Positions 53,692 to 64,000 of a stretch of 64,000 nucleotides of DNA are shown piece by piece. The stretch spans positions 192,001-256,000 of the forward strand of contig CAWDOD010000002.1 in NCBI GenBank assembly GCA_963803805.1. The letters are read 5' to 3'. The stretch's first letter is position 1. The number at the start of each line of letters is the position of its first letter. A program made the translations under genes and the position numbers. This DNA comes from an uncultured cyanobacterium. Lineage in GTDB: Bacteria; Cyanobacteriota; Cyanobacteriia; Cyanobacteriales; CAWCAG01. The notes beneath the pieces were generated by a model. That model was not told the origin of the DNA. It did no database searches and was given only the letters and a program-made list of their open reading frames with translations.

Positions 53692-55278
53692 TTAAATTAT
53701 TGGTAAGCTAACTGTGACTGTCGTACCTTGATTTTTTCCTGGGCTGTCTATGTTGATACTGCCTCCCATCAAAGTTATTAACTTATGAGCTACAGATAAT
53801 CCTACTCCATTTCCTCCATAACTACGGGTTGTTGAACCATCAGCCATCACAAAAGGCTCAAATATCTTACTCAAATTTTGCGGTTCAATGCCAATACCAG
53901 TATCTTGGATAGTTGCTAAGGCCATGGACTTTTCACCAAAATCCGTATTATTTTGGACTTGAATTTTCGTATCAACGGTAATACTGCCAGTGGTAGTAAA
54001 TTTAATAGCATTATCAAGAATACTAAAAAAGACTTGCTTTAGTTTCCTAAAGTCCGCTTTTACTAAAAGAGATTCTGAAGGCTTATTAACTTTGAACTGG
54101 AGATTTTTTTTGTGCATTCGAGGCTGTTTTAAAGATATAGCTTCTTGCAAACAATCGTACAAATCTATTTCTTGTAAATCTAAAGAAAGTTGTCCCGCTT
54201 CGAGAACAGATAAATCTAAAACATCATCAATTAAACTAATTAAATGTAAGGCAGAATTATTAGCTTCTTGGATTAGTTCTTGTTGTTCTTCTTCATCGTC
54301 GTACAAATCATCTTTGAGGATTTGTAAGCAACCAGTAATACCGTTGAGGGGGGTACGTAGTTCGTGGGAAATATTTTTTAAAAACTCATCCTTTAGCTGA
54401 TTCATTTCCCGCAAGGCAATATTTTTAGCCTTTAATTGCTGAGTGAAATCGACTCTTTCAGCTTCTATCTGTTTGCGTTCAGTAATATCTTGAAAAGCAA
54501 TGATAGCATGACTAATATTGCCTACCGAATCTAGTATTGGTGTTCCCCATACTTCTAGAGGAATAACCTTGCCGTCACGATGGACTTCCATATTATCAAC
54601 ACTACAGCTTTCTCCCTTCAAAGCTCGCAGACTAGGGCTTTGCCATTGAGGATAAGCTAAATTAGTTCCGGCTAAGTAAATTGAGGTACTAATATTTTCT
54701 GTACTTGTTTGATTGTGACAAAAAATTTGGCAATCGCCAAATAAATCTTCCGCTCTTTGGTTAGAATAAGAAGTATTGCCATCTCCTTCTAGAACTACAA
54801 CTCCTACAGGAATAGCATCTAAAAAAGCTACCATTCTCCTGAGACTTTCTCTTTCTGCTTGAGTTTTTAGTTCTTGCATTGCCCAATGGGTTTCTAGTAA
54901 GCGTTGTACTCGCTTACGTAAAACTTGCCATTGTATGGGTTTAGGAATAAAATCTATAGCCCCAACTTCAAAAGCTTTTTGTACAGATTCACGATCATCA
55001 AGGGCTGTTACCATTAAAATAGGAGGACAATCCTTGCCGTAAAGGCCATGTAGTTTGGCACAACAGGTAAAACCGTCCATTCCTGGCATCAACCCATCCA
55101 GCAAAACCATGTCTGGCTTTGCTGTGGGAAAAATTTCTAGACAGGCTTCTCCACTATCAGCTTCAAAGACAGTATAGTCCTCCTGTTCCAAGGACTTACG
55201 AGATAGCTGTCTGGTCATTCGATTATCGTCTACTATCAAAATAACCGCAGATTTTTGCAAAAGGTTTAAACCTGTCAT
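53692..55278 (-). CDS. Hybrid histidine kinase (REC-PAS-HisKA-HATPase)
   Basis: N-terminal receiver ILIVDD..LDGLMP, SHELRTPL, G boxes. Confidence 0.9.
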   Translation of the reverse strand: MTGLNLLQKSAVILIVDDNRMTRQLSRKSLEQEDYTVFEADSGEACLEIFPTAKPDMVLLDGLMPGMDGFTCCAKLHGLYGKDCPPILMVTALDDRESVQKAFEVGAIDFIPKPIQWQVLRKRVQRLLETHWAMQELKTQAERESLRRMVAFLDAIPVGVVVLEGDGNTSYSNQRAEDLFGDCQIFCHNQTSTENISTSIYLAGTNLAYPQWQSPSLRALKGESCSVDNMEVHRDGKVIPLEVWGTPILDSVGNISHAIIAFQDITERKQIEAERVDFTQQLKAKNIALREMNQLKDEFLKNISHELRTPLNGITGCLQILKDDLYDDEEEQQELIQEANNSALHLISLIDDVLDLSVLEAGQLSLDLQEIDLYDCLQEAISLKQPRMHKKNLQFKVNKPSESLLVKADFRKLKQVFFSILDNAIKFTTTGSITVDTKIQVQNNTDFGEKSMALATIQDTGIGIEPQNLSKIFEPFVMADGSTTRSYGGNGVGLSVAHKLITLMGGSINIDSPGKNQGTTVTVSLPII

Positions 55279-56075
55279 ATTTTTTCTATGGAAAATATTG
55301 ACTCCAGGAATTTAGTCATGACTACTTCAGCTTTATTTAATAGACATTTCCGAAAACCAAAAATAAAATCAATTCTCATATTGAAATCATTGATTATTCC
55401 TGCTATTCCCTGTTCCCCGTTCCCGATTCCTTCTTTTCCGGAGATGTCTAAATAAAGCAATTACTGACGTTGAATATTTTAGTAATAATCCATTAAATTA
55501 TTGGACATTTTTGTTCATTGAATAATGACTAATCAAATTAATCCCTATTGTATGTCAATAATTAATGAAGATAATGACTGAAGTAAACATAATCGTTAGC
55601 TACTTGAGGTTACTAAAAAAATTCTGTTAATGTATTTATAGCTACAGCTTAAGTAGCTATTTTTTGTTCTTTGTTTGTTATATTTAGTAGAATGTTTGTA
55701 ATATACCATGAATAAATCTAACCTTACTATACGGTATTCCTTTCATAAAGAAATATATATAAATAAAGCAGGACAAACAATGATAAGACAAAGGTAAAGA
55801 GACAATTTTGAGAGCTTGCTGTCTCTCAATTTCAGTATTCCCAAAAAATAAAGCTTATTAATTAAAGCTACCTAATTTTAATCATTTGAGGTTTAGTTAG
55901 CTTCCAAGCGAAGCTACCTAATTACTAGGCAAGATATTTTTTAGTAAAGAATTAATATAGTTTTGCCAAAGTTCTGTAAAGCCAAAATATAAATCTTGAC
56001 AGATACAATCTAGCCACAGTCAAGATTTGCTTGTGGCTAGATTGAAAGTATTGCGTAACCTAGAAAATAAACAAT

Positions 56076-56288
56076 TTAAGCTTCGTCGTAAGCCTCAATA
56101 TCTAGCAAATGGAGATAAGGTTTGGCTAATTCAGTACGTTGAAAAGCAATAGCCCGCAGAAGATGCCAATCTGACAAAGCTTCAAAAGGACTAGAATATT
56201 CGTCCTTTTCTAAACGCTTAGCCAATTGTGCCACCTCATCTGATGTCAAAGCAGAAATTTTCTGTTTGGAAATACTTAGTGTCGTCAT
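56076..56288 (-). CDS. Small conserved cyanobacterial protein (DUF2555-like)
   Basis: LAKRLEKDEY..DWHLLRAIAF pattern. Confidence 0.7.
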   Translation of the reverse strand: MTTLSISKQKISALTSDEVAQLAKRLEKDEYSSPFEALSDWHLLRAIAFQRTELAKPYLHLLDIEAYDEA

Positions 56289-56421
56289 AACCTTACTTCC
56301 CCAAGATACTCAAAGTACCAAATATAGTTTAACTCTCCCAGGGACATTTATTCTTTAATTTATTTATCTGCTCCATCTCGGATAAAATTGAGCATGATAT
56401 GCAAGCAATATATACATTCAG

Positions 56422-57384
56422 ATGCGAATATTAGCTCTTGTTCCCGGCGGAATTGGCGACCAAATTCTGTTCTTCCCAACTCTTGCTGACCTCAAGCAGC
56501 ACTATGAAGATGCCACCATTGATGTCATGGTGGAACCTCGCGCTAAAAGTGCTTACCGAGTTTGTCAATCTGTCCATGAAGTAATCACCTTTAATTTTTC
56601 AGATCGCAATGGTATGGCAGACTACCTCAACCTGTTAGGAGTTGTACGCGATCGCGAGTACGATATTGCTATTTCTGTTGTTGATAATTGGACTGTGGGG
56701 TTACTACTTTGGCTCAATGGTATTCCCCTTCGAGTTGGCTACATTGGTTCGAGTTCTTGGTTTTTAACCAGTGCTGTACCTCTAAAAACAGAACAGTATA
56801 CTGCTTATAAGTACCATGATCTTCTTCAAGGTTTAGGTATTCACTCCCCTTGTCCTCAACCGCAAGTCAATGTCCCTAAACAGGATATTGCTTGGGCTGA
56901 AGAAGAACAAAAATCTTTAGGCATTGGTGAAAGTGGCTACATTCTAATCCACGGTGGGGCGAGTAAAATTTCTTTAGTTGAGGGAATTAATAAAATCTAT
57001 CCTGTTGGCAAATGGCAGCAAGTTATCGAGGATATTCAAACAAAACAGCCTGAGTTACCAATTGTTCTTTTACAAGGGCCAGATGACCAAGAATGGGTAG
57101 GAATGATGAAACAAGCTTGTCCAAACCTCAAGGTAATCGCGCCAGGGGATATTGGCAAGCTAGCAGCAACCATTGCTGGGGCTAATTTGATGTTGTGTAC
57201 CGATAGCGCCCCTTTGTATCTATCCCTAGCTGTAGAAACCTATACTATTGCTTTATTTGGTCCTACAGAAGCTAAAAAGCGCCTTCCTCCTGATAGAAAA
57301 AATTGTGTGGGCATTCAATCTCCTACTAAGGCGATCGCGGATATCGAACCCCAACAAGTTCTCGAACAAATGTGGCGCGGTTGA
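56422..57384 (+). CDS. Glycosyltransferase family 9
   Basis: GGIGDQILFFP, TDSAP, ALFGPT. Confidence 0.9.
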   Translation: MRILALVPGGIGDQILFFPTLADLKQHYEDATIDVMVEPRAKSAYRVCQSVHEVITFNFSDRNGMADYLNLLGVVRDREYDIAISVVDNWTVGLLLWLNGIPLRVGYIGSSSWFLTSAVPLKTEQYTAYKYHDLLQGLGIHSPCPQPQVNVPKQDIAWAEEEQKSLGIGESGYILIHGGASKISLVEGINKIYPVGKWQQVIEDIQTKQPELPIVLLQGPDDQEWVGMMKQACPNLKVIAPGDIGKLAATIAGANLMLCTDSAPLYLSLAVETYTIALFGPTEAKKRLPPDRKNCVGIQSPTKAIADIEPQQVLEQMWRG

Positions 57385-57520
57385 AAGAGAGTTTTTGTCT
57401 GTGATGAGGGTGATGAGGCCTTCAATAAATTTGAGGGCTTCATAATTAGCAATGGAGAATTATTAAAATATCAATACCGATAAATGCCTTGCCCTCATCA
57501 GAGTCTGAAATGTTTAATGT

Positions 57521-58246
57521 TTATTCCTTTTCCTCTACTACAACCACAGTAATATTATCGGAACCACCTTCTTTTTTCGCTTCTTCAACTAAATCTTTAA
57601 CTATCTGTTCAGAAGAGAAATTAGTAACTAAATAAGAACCAATAACTTTATCTGATAACTCTTCAGTCAATCCATCACTACACATCAATAAGCGATCGCC
57701 GGGTTTAACTTCTAGGGTTTGAATTTCAATATGTTGTAAATCTTTACGACCTAAACATTGGGAGAGAACGTGTCTCCAAGGGTGTATTCTCGCCTGTTCA
57801 AGGTTTAAATCTCCTGCTTTCATAGCCCTTGATACCCAGGTATGATCCTCTGTAATTTGTTCTAATTCCGAGCCTCGCAGCCGATAGAGGCGGGAGTCTC
57901 CTACATGGGCGCACCACGATTCTCCTTGACGGAAAATCATCACTACTGCTGTGGTTCCCATATCACCCCTTTCTGGGTTGCTTTGTTGATCTTCAACAAT
58001 AGCTAAATTAGCTTTTTCCAAAGCTTCATTTAATAGTTCACTTGAGGCTCTAGGAGAGTCCCAATAATCTTCCAAGTCTTTTTTTACTACTTCTGTGGCA
58101 ATATGACTAGCCTCTTGACCACCAGCATGACCTCCCATTCCGTCAGCGACAATAAAAAAGCGCCCCTCTGGATCTATGTAGTAATCATCCTGATTGACAG
58201 AGCGTACTAGTCCCGGATCGCTTAGACCCGCGAAGCGTCGTTTCAT
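57521..58246 (-). CDS. pphA: PP2C-type Ser/Thr phosphatase
   Basis: NQD, VADGMGGH, HVGDSR, CSDGL, DNIT. Confidence 0.85.
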   Translation of the reverse strand: MKRRFAGLSDPGLVRSVNQDDYYIDPEGRFFIVADGMGGHAGGQEASHIATEVVKKDLEDYWDSPRASSELLNEALEKANLAIVEDQQSNPERGDMGTTAVVMIFRQGESWCAHVGDSRLYRLRGSELEQITEDHTWVSRAMKAGDLNLEQARIHPWRHVLSQCLGRKDLQHIEIQTLEVKPGDRLLMCSDGLTEELSDKVIGSYLVTNFSSEQIVKDLVEEAKKEGGSDNITVVVVEEKE

Positions 58247-58295
58247 ATGCTTGTTGCTTGAAATACAAATTTACAAATTTACTAACTGAGGGCTA

Positions 58296-60051
58296 TCAGT
58301 ATCTATCAAGGCGGTCAATTCGTCTTAATAGACGGAATAAGGCGAATCCAGCAGCGATCGCTGCTAAAACAACGATAACAGCAAACCCTACTTTGCCATT
58401 AACTAGAAGGATAGTAGCCGACAAAGTAAAGGCACTAACTAATAAAGTATAGTTGGTTCCTAGCTGAATAGCACTGATTTTCCTGAAAACTCGGTCTGAT
58501 TCTGTGGATCTAACTCTTACTCTAATGTCTCCCCTTTCTAGTTTGTCAAGGGTATCTTCAATACGTCGTGGCAAACTTAATGCTGTTGTACTGACTTTAG
58601 CTGCTTGCCGGCCAATTTCATTAAAGATGCTGTTGTCAAAATTACCGTCTTCATTACTCATAAGTCGCATTGCAAAGGGTTGGGCAACCTCCATAAAGTT
58701 AAACTCAGGATCTAATCCCTTACCTACACCTTCTAAGGTAGAAAAGGCACGCATAACAAAGGTAAAGGTAGCGGGAAAACGAAAAGGTTGGTCGTAGGCA
58801 ATTTCGTAAAGATCATCGCTGATAGCGCTTACAGACTGTTCTTCAAAAGGTTGGTCCATAAAGTTGTCTAGCATATACTGAATAGAGCGTCGTACTGCTC
58901 CCATGTCCCCTGTCGGGGTCAAAGCGCCAAGTTCTATCAGGGAATTCACCACTCTATCGGAGTTTTTTTCTGCAATCCCGTATAGGGTTTGCATTAATTT
59001 TTCCCGAATATTTGCCTTAATCTGCCCCATCATACCGAAGTCATAAAAAATTAGGGAGCCTTCTGGACTGACAGCTAGGTTACCTGGGTGGGGATCAGCA
59101 TGGAAAAATCCATCGTTGAGTAGTTGTTGGAGGTAAGCTTTCTGCCCCTAATCTAGCTAGAACTTTCCTGTCTAAACCTGCTGCTTCAATCGCTTCGTAG
59201 TGACTAATTTTAATGCCGGGCAGATACTCTAAAGTGAGAACCCTTAAAGATGTGTAGCGCCAATATACACGAGGTACTTTGACCCAATTTTGAGTTCTGA
59301 AGTTGCGACGAAAAGTGTCGGCATTACTTCCTTCATTAAGATAGTCGGTTTCTTGCCAAAGGATTCGACAGCACTCATCGTAAATACCTAGCCAATCTCG
59401 ACCTTTTCCCCAACGCGGATGATTTTGGAAATAAATAGAAATTCTTTTCAGGATGGCGAGATCAATGGTAAAAAGTTGTTTCAATCCCGGCCGTTGGATT
59501 TTGACAACTACTTCTTCTCCACTATAGAGTTTGGCTTTATGAACCTGACCTAAACTAGCTGCTGCTAGGGGGACAGGATCGAAACCAGCAAATAGTTTAG
59601 TGACAGGTTTACCTAAGTCTTTTTCGACAATTTCCACCGCCTGTTGATAGTCAAAAGCAGGAACCTGATCTTGTAGTTTACTTAATTGTTCTACATATTC
59701 AGAAGGAAATAAGTCAGCGCGGGTGGAAAATAATTGACCTACTTTGATAAAAGTTGGCCCTAACTCTAATAAACTTTCGCGAATCCAAGCAGCTTGCTTT
59801 TTACGCCTTGCTAGGCGCTTCTCTTCTGTATATCCTCCTAAATAACTCCACTTTTTGCCATCACGCCAAAATTGAGATAAAAGCCGCAGCACAAAAGTCC
59901 AAATGTCTAGCCTTCGTCGAGTGCGAGAGTAGTTCTCTCGATTCCATTTATAGGTATTTTTTTCCTTCTCTAAGGAAGGTAAATCCTCTGAATCAAGAGA
60001 GTTGGAGGAATATTGAATAGAAGTTGTGGAGTCTTGAGGAAAAGCAGACAC
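58296..60051 (-). pseudogene. ABC1/UbiB atypical kinase, apparent +1 frameshift at 59139-59141
   Basis: LGPTFIKVGQ, AAASLGQVH, VKIQRP; removing one base restores [30 protein letters not shown] into 58296-59033. Confidence 0.85.
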
Positions 60052-60120
60052 TCGATTTCCTAAAATCTAAATAATTTTTGCTCAAAAAATTGTTTTTTTA
60101 TGGTTCAGTTACAGTAACTG

Positions 60121-60447
60121 TTAAATCGACTCAGTGGTGACGTAAAGTTTTAGCTCTGTACGCATCCGAGCAATTTCTGCTCTGAGTTCGTCGATAGTTT
60201 GTTGCAAGTCAGCAGGAGGAGAGTTAATGGAGACAGAGGTATTGCCCGGTGTGGTGTTTACTTCTCCTTGTGCTTGTTCAGCCTTCGCCATCACCTTGGC
60301 TGTAAATTGTCGCAGATTTTCCCTTTGTTCGGCATCAAATTTACCTAGTTCGCTCAAAGCATTAGTGAAAGTATCTTCTAACTGTTCTCCTAAAACTTCA
60401 GCGAAAGCCCTACCCAGAAAAAAGGCATGAATGACAGGATTACTCAT
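60121..60447 (-). CDS. Conserved cyanobacterial hypothetical protein
   Basis: [23 protein letters not shown] pattern, upstream of the ABC1 kinase. Confidence 0.75.
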   Translation of the reverse strand: MSNPVIHAFFLGRAFAEVLGEQLEDTFTNALSELGKFDAEQRENLRQFTAKVMAKAEQAQGEVNTTPGNTSVSINSPPADLQQTIDELRAEIARMRTELKLYVTTESI

Positions 60448-60548
60448 GAAAATAATTTATTTTATGTTTCGTTACAAATTATATCTTGCTTCCTCAGTTA
60501 CTGGGGTTTAGTGAAGTTATCGGTTTTGGCTGGTTGATCCCAATAATC

Positions 60549-60577
60549 TTGACAAGAAAAGAAAATTTGCTTACAAT
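60549..60577 (+). promoter_or_regulatory. Sigma70-type promoter of the tRNA
   Basis: TTGACA (60549-60554), 17 nt, TACAAT (60572-60577). Confidence 0.8.
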
Positions 60578-60590
60578 AACAAAGCGTTAT

Positions 60591-60662
60591 GCGGGTATAG
60601 CTCAGTGGTAGAGCGTCACCTTGCCAAGGTGAATGTCGCGCGTTCGAATCGCGTTACCCGCT
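60591..60662 (+). tRNA. trnG: tRNA-Gly (GCC)
   Basis: Acceptor stem GCGGGTA/TACCCGC, anticodon GCC at 60623-60625, GTTCGAATC T-loop; CCA not encoded. Confidence 0.97.
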
Positions 60663-60845
60663 TTTAGAAACATGAAAGAGCTAATTTTACTAAAAAAATA
60701 GTTAACAAATCTCTACTCAGAACTGAAGCAATTAACAGGTATTGAATCTTGTACAGTTTTGAAAAAGTCGGGAGTAGGGACTGGGGAGTAGAAGAAAACT
60801 TTCTTTGTCTTGAGATTAAAAGCTCGCCAAGGAAATGAGCAAAGC

Positions 60846-62426
60846 CTAAAGTTGTTCTGCTACTTGCAAAATTTCCTTGATTTCTTCTCGCCAACTCAAA
60901 ACTTTATCTTTCAAATTTTTACTTGCCGTAATTTTATGTTCTAACTCACTAATTCTTGGTTGCAGAGAATCAGTAAATTGCTTTAAACTTGCCACTAGCT
61001 CTTTTTGCAAACCTTGTCGTAATTCTTCGGTATAATTTTTCTCTAATTCAAATATATTTTCTTCTAATTGTTGTTTTGCTTTTTCCCTTTGCTGTGGTAC
61101 TGCGTTGAGGCTAAATAAAGTTAGCATCAACGCTAAAATAAGAGCAGATAAATCAAAAAGGGCCGCAGTTGCTACTACGTGTCCCCCTATGCCTGTGGCA
61201 GCAGCAGCAGTACCAAAAGTAAGAAAGTTATTAAAACCTTTTTGAGAGGCAATTTTCAGCTTTTCAGAAATTTCGCTAACATCAAGCTTTTGGGTTTCTA
61301 AGGTGGGAACAGAAAAAGAATCTTCAGAGATGCTCGCAGCAAGCTGTAAGTCTTCTTTAGCTTCCCGAATAATACGTTCTCGATACTTAAGCAAAGTAGC
61401 TGCTGCTTCTTTGACAATATCATCCATAGTTTGCTCTAGCTGCACTTCTTTGATTGCCTTAGCAATTTTTTGTTCTAGTAAATCATCTTCCCTGGTTAGG
61501 CGCTGTTTAATTAAAGTTAAAAAAGCCAAACTACTATCAATAATTTGGTTCAATTGCTGAATGAGGCGACTAAAAACATCGCCTACTTTCTCTTCAAAAA
61601 CTCCAAAGATCAAATCATACTGCTCAATGCGTTCCTCAATACGTCTTAGGGTTTGATCAAAAACTTTCTTTTCTGCTATTATTTTCTCTCGTGCTTCTTG
61701 GTTTTTTCGCTCCAATTGTTCTAGATAAACTAATAAAGAACGTTGTGGCCCTTGGAGTTTCAATTTAACTTTTTCTGTATCAACTAAAAGTTCTAACAAA
61801 TAGTCTCGCAACTTATCAACACCATCGCCTGTTCGGGCCGAAACTGCAAAAATAGGTGGGACTTGAGAAAATACTACTTGTAAGCCTTCTTGAACATAGA
61901 AAATAACTTGCTCTATTTCTTGAGAATCAGCTAAATCAACTTTGTTAATAGCAACAATAGCTTGGCGTACCCAAGTATTATTAACTAAACGAAGAAAATC
62001 TTGCTCTGATTTTGTTAAAGGTCTTTCTATAGAAGTAACAAATAAAATAATATCTGCTCTTTGCAAATAGTTTTCTGTCTGCTCTTGATGTTCTTCAACA
62101 ATTGAATTAGTTCCCGGACTATCAATAAATACTAATCCATCAAAGCCTTCTGGGTAGTACGCTTCTAGAGAACTTGTGGTAGGTAAAATACCTACTGCTG
62201 CCAGCTTTTCTTCTCCTAACTTATTGAGGAGACTCGATTTACCAGAGTTGAATTCTCCGCAAACAAAAATAGAAAAAGGATTCTCTAACTGTTCTTGAAG
62301 AGCGGTGAAATTTGGTTCAGAATGAGAAAATAACTCTCTTGCCTCGGTAAATAGTTCTCTGACTCCGGCAATAGTTTTTAGGCTGCGTTCAAAAAGAGGT
62401 TTATGTTCTTCTAAAGGGCTATTCAT
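60846..62426 (-). CDS. Dynamin-like GTPase
   Basis: GEFNSGKS, PTT, DSPG, NKVD motifs, helical stalk and hydrophobic paddle. Confidence 0.85.
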   Translation of the reverse strand: MNSPLEEHKPLFERSLKTIAGVRELFTEARELFSHSEPNFTALQEQLENPFSIFVCGEFNSGKSSLLNKLGEEKLAAVGILPTTSSLEAYYPEGFDGLVFIDSPGTNSIVEEHQEQTENYLQRADIILFVTSIERPLTKSEQDFLRLVNNTWVRQAIVAINKVDLADSQEIEQVIFYVQEGLQVVFSQVPPIFAVSARTGDGVDKLRDYLLELLVDTEKVKLKLQGPQRSLLVYLEQLERKNQEAREKIIAEKKVFDQTLRRIEERIEQYDLIFGVFEEKVGDVFSRLIQQLNQIIDSSLAFLTLIKQRLTREDDLLEQKIAKAIKEVQLEQTMDDIVKEAAATLLKYRERIIREAKEDLQLAASISEDSFSVPTLETQKLDVSEISEKLKIASQKGFNNFLTFGTAAAATGIGGHVVATAALFDLSALILALMLTLFSLNAVPQQREKAKQQLEENIFELEKNYTEELRQGLQKELVASLKQFTDSLQPRISELEHKITASKNLKDKVLSWREEIKEILQVAEQL

Positions 62427-62739
62427 GTTGAACCAGACTTTTGTAAGCTACTTATATTAGGGCAGAGAATTCGCTTCAAGCTACAGGTAATAGGTAAGAA
62501 CATTTATCTATATAATTTTGTGAAAGTACTTTTTGGACACAAAGATTATGCTTCGATTGAGATTAACTTAATGAATATTCTGCTCTCATGTCAACTTGAT
62601 TAGGAATTAGTTATTAGTTGAGGCAAATACATCTTAAGACTGATAAATTAACTAGACATTTGCTATTTCTGATCAAAATTTGACTATTTAACAAAATTAT
62701 CCGGAGCGAAAATAATACTCGAAAAACAGGTCACTCCCA

Positions 62740-63969
62740 CTAAGTATTGATAACGGCTTCGACTGCTGCTTCTAGGGCGATCGCAATATGAGTCCAGTGA
62801 GTTCCCCCTTGACAAAAAGCAATATATGGTTTCCGTAAAGGCCCATCTGCTGAAAACTCAGAAGTACTACCATCAATGAAAGTTCCCCCCGCCATTACTA
62901 GCTGACTCTCATACCCTGGCATTTTCCCTGGGACTGGTTCTACATAGGAATCCACCGGAGAGTGCTGTTGAATCGCCTTGCAAAAGGCAATTAGCTTCTG
63001 GGGAGAACCTAGCTCAATAGCTTGAATAATATCTCGACGTGGTGCAAGAGGAGAAGGATTAACCGGGTAACCTAAACTATCAAAAACAGAAGCCAGCAAA
63101 TGGGTTCCTTTAATGGCCTCTGCCACCATTTGAGGAGCTAGGAATAGACCTTGAAAAAGCAAACGATTTTGCCCAAAAGTTGCTCCCCCATAACTACCTA
63201 TTCCCGGTGCAGTTAAACGACAACAAGCTGCTTCTACTAAATCAGCCTTTCCGGCTACATACCCTCCCGCATTGACAATTGTACCACCAGGATTTTTGAT
63301 TAGAGAACCCGCTATCAAATCTGCACCAATTTGAGTTGGTTCTCGACTTTCTATAAACTCTCCGTAGCAATTATCTACAAAACAAACTGTATCAGGATTT
63401 TGTCGTTTAATCACTTGAATAATCTTTTCAATGTCATCAAGAGATAAACTTGGTCGCCAAGAGTAGCCACAAGAGCGTTGAATCAAGGCTAGACGCGTCT
63501 TTGACGTAACTGAATTGGTCAGTAATTGCCAACTAATTTCTCCTTTTTCTGTCAAAGGCAATTGGCGATAGTGAATGTTAAAATCACTTAGTGACCCTCT
63601 ATTTTGACCTCTTAAACCAATAACTTCTTCTAAAGTGTCATAGGGAGGGCCAGCCACAGCTAACATTTCGTCTTCTGGACGAAGAACACCAAACAAAGCA
63701 CAAGCAATGGCATGGGTTCCTGAAACAAACTGTACTCGTACTGCGGCGGCTTCAGCACCCATAATCTCGGCAAACACCCGGTCTAAAGCTTGCCTTCCTA
63801 AATCATCGTGTCCATAACCGCTAACACTAGCAAAATGTTGCACTCCCACGCGATGGTGACGAAAAGCAACTAAAACTTTATGGAGGTTTCCCTTGACCTG
63901 AGTGTCAATCTTAGCAAAAATCGGAAATAGTGTTTCTTGCGCTTTTTCAATCAGCTTTAAGCTGTTCAT
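62740..63969 (-). CDS. PLP-dependent methionine gamma-lyase / aluminium-resistance family protein
   Basis: GYGHDDLGR, FVSGTHAI, VDNCYGEF, GSLIKNPGG. Confidence 0.9.
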   Translation of the reverse strand: MNSLKLIEKAQETLFPIFAKIDTQVKGNLHKVLVAFRHHRVGVQHFASVSGYGHDDLGRQALDRVFAEIMGAEAAAVRVQFVSGTHAIACALFGVLRPEDEMLAVAGPPYDTLEEVIGLRGQNRGSLSDFNIHYRQLPLTEKGEISWQLLTNSVTSKTRLALIQRSCGYSWRPSLSLDDIEKIIQVIKRQNPDTVCFVDNCYGEFIESREPTQIGADLIAGSLIKNPGGTIVNAGGYVAGKADLVEAACCRLTAPGIGSYGGATFGQNRLLFQGLFLAPQMVAEAIKGTHLLASVFDSLGYPVNPSPLAPRRDIIQAIELGSPQKLIAFCKAIQQHSPVDSYVEPVPGKMPGYESQLVMAGGTFIDGSTSEFSADGPLRKPYIAFCQGGTHWTHIAIALEAAVEAVINT

Positions 63970-64000
63970 CTGTTAGTTGATAGTAAAACCTTAGTGTTAA

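Noticed and set aside
55275-55460. 61-aa ORF upstream of the hybrid kinase
   Set aside because: Partly built from heptamer repeats (TGTTCCC-like) at ~55404-55430; no recognisable protein features.
60591-62426. Genomic island integrated at tRNA-Gly
   Set aside because: No duplicated tRNA 3' end and no integrase seen.

Overview
Cyanobacterial chromosomal window: the HIP1 octamer GCGATCGC is frequent in the core genes, and pxcA, ndbB and glgA are present. From ~19 kb onward it is mostly housekeeping (pip, ndbB, lepA, mnmG, glgA, pxcA, amt, gpmI, ferritin, two SulP transporters, several sensor kinases, tRNA-Gly). Small accessory inserts there include a single-polypeptide DarT-DarG(macrodomain) fusion, a frameshifted methyltransferase-BsuBI/PstI endonuclease fusion, and a ~306-bp tandem repeat. 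The first ~19 kb is the unusual part: an apparent extracellular contractile injection system (eCIS)-type polymorphic toxin locus. It contains an Afp15/Pvc15-like AAA ATPase (frameshifted) divergent from a DUF4157 protein. That protein's nuclease-like toxin tip is split by an IS982 element and can be reconstructed in frame, and a probable immunity gene abuts its stop codon. Next is a 1342-aa effector-like ORF with no ATG start and a nucleotidyltransferase-like GS..DxD motif. It is followed by a tandem array of ~1.65-kb units, each a start-less variant of that effector's last ~231 codons plus a variant WD40 beta-propeller gene. The array is mosaic and is cut off by an ISL3 element. Family assignments come from motif recognition by eye; no database searches were run, and some single-base frameshifts may be sequencing errors.
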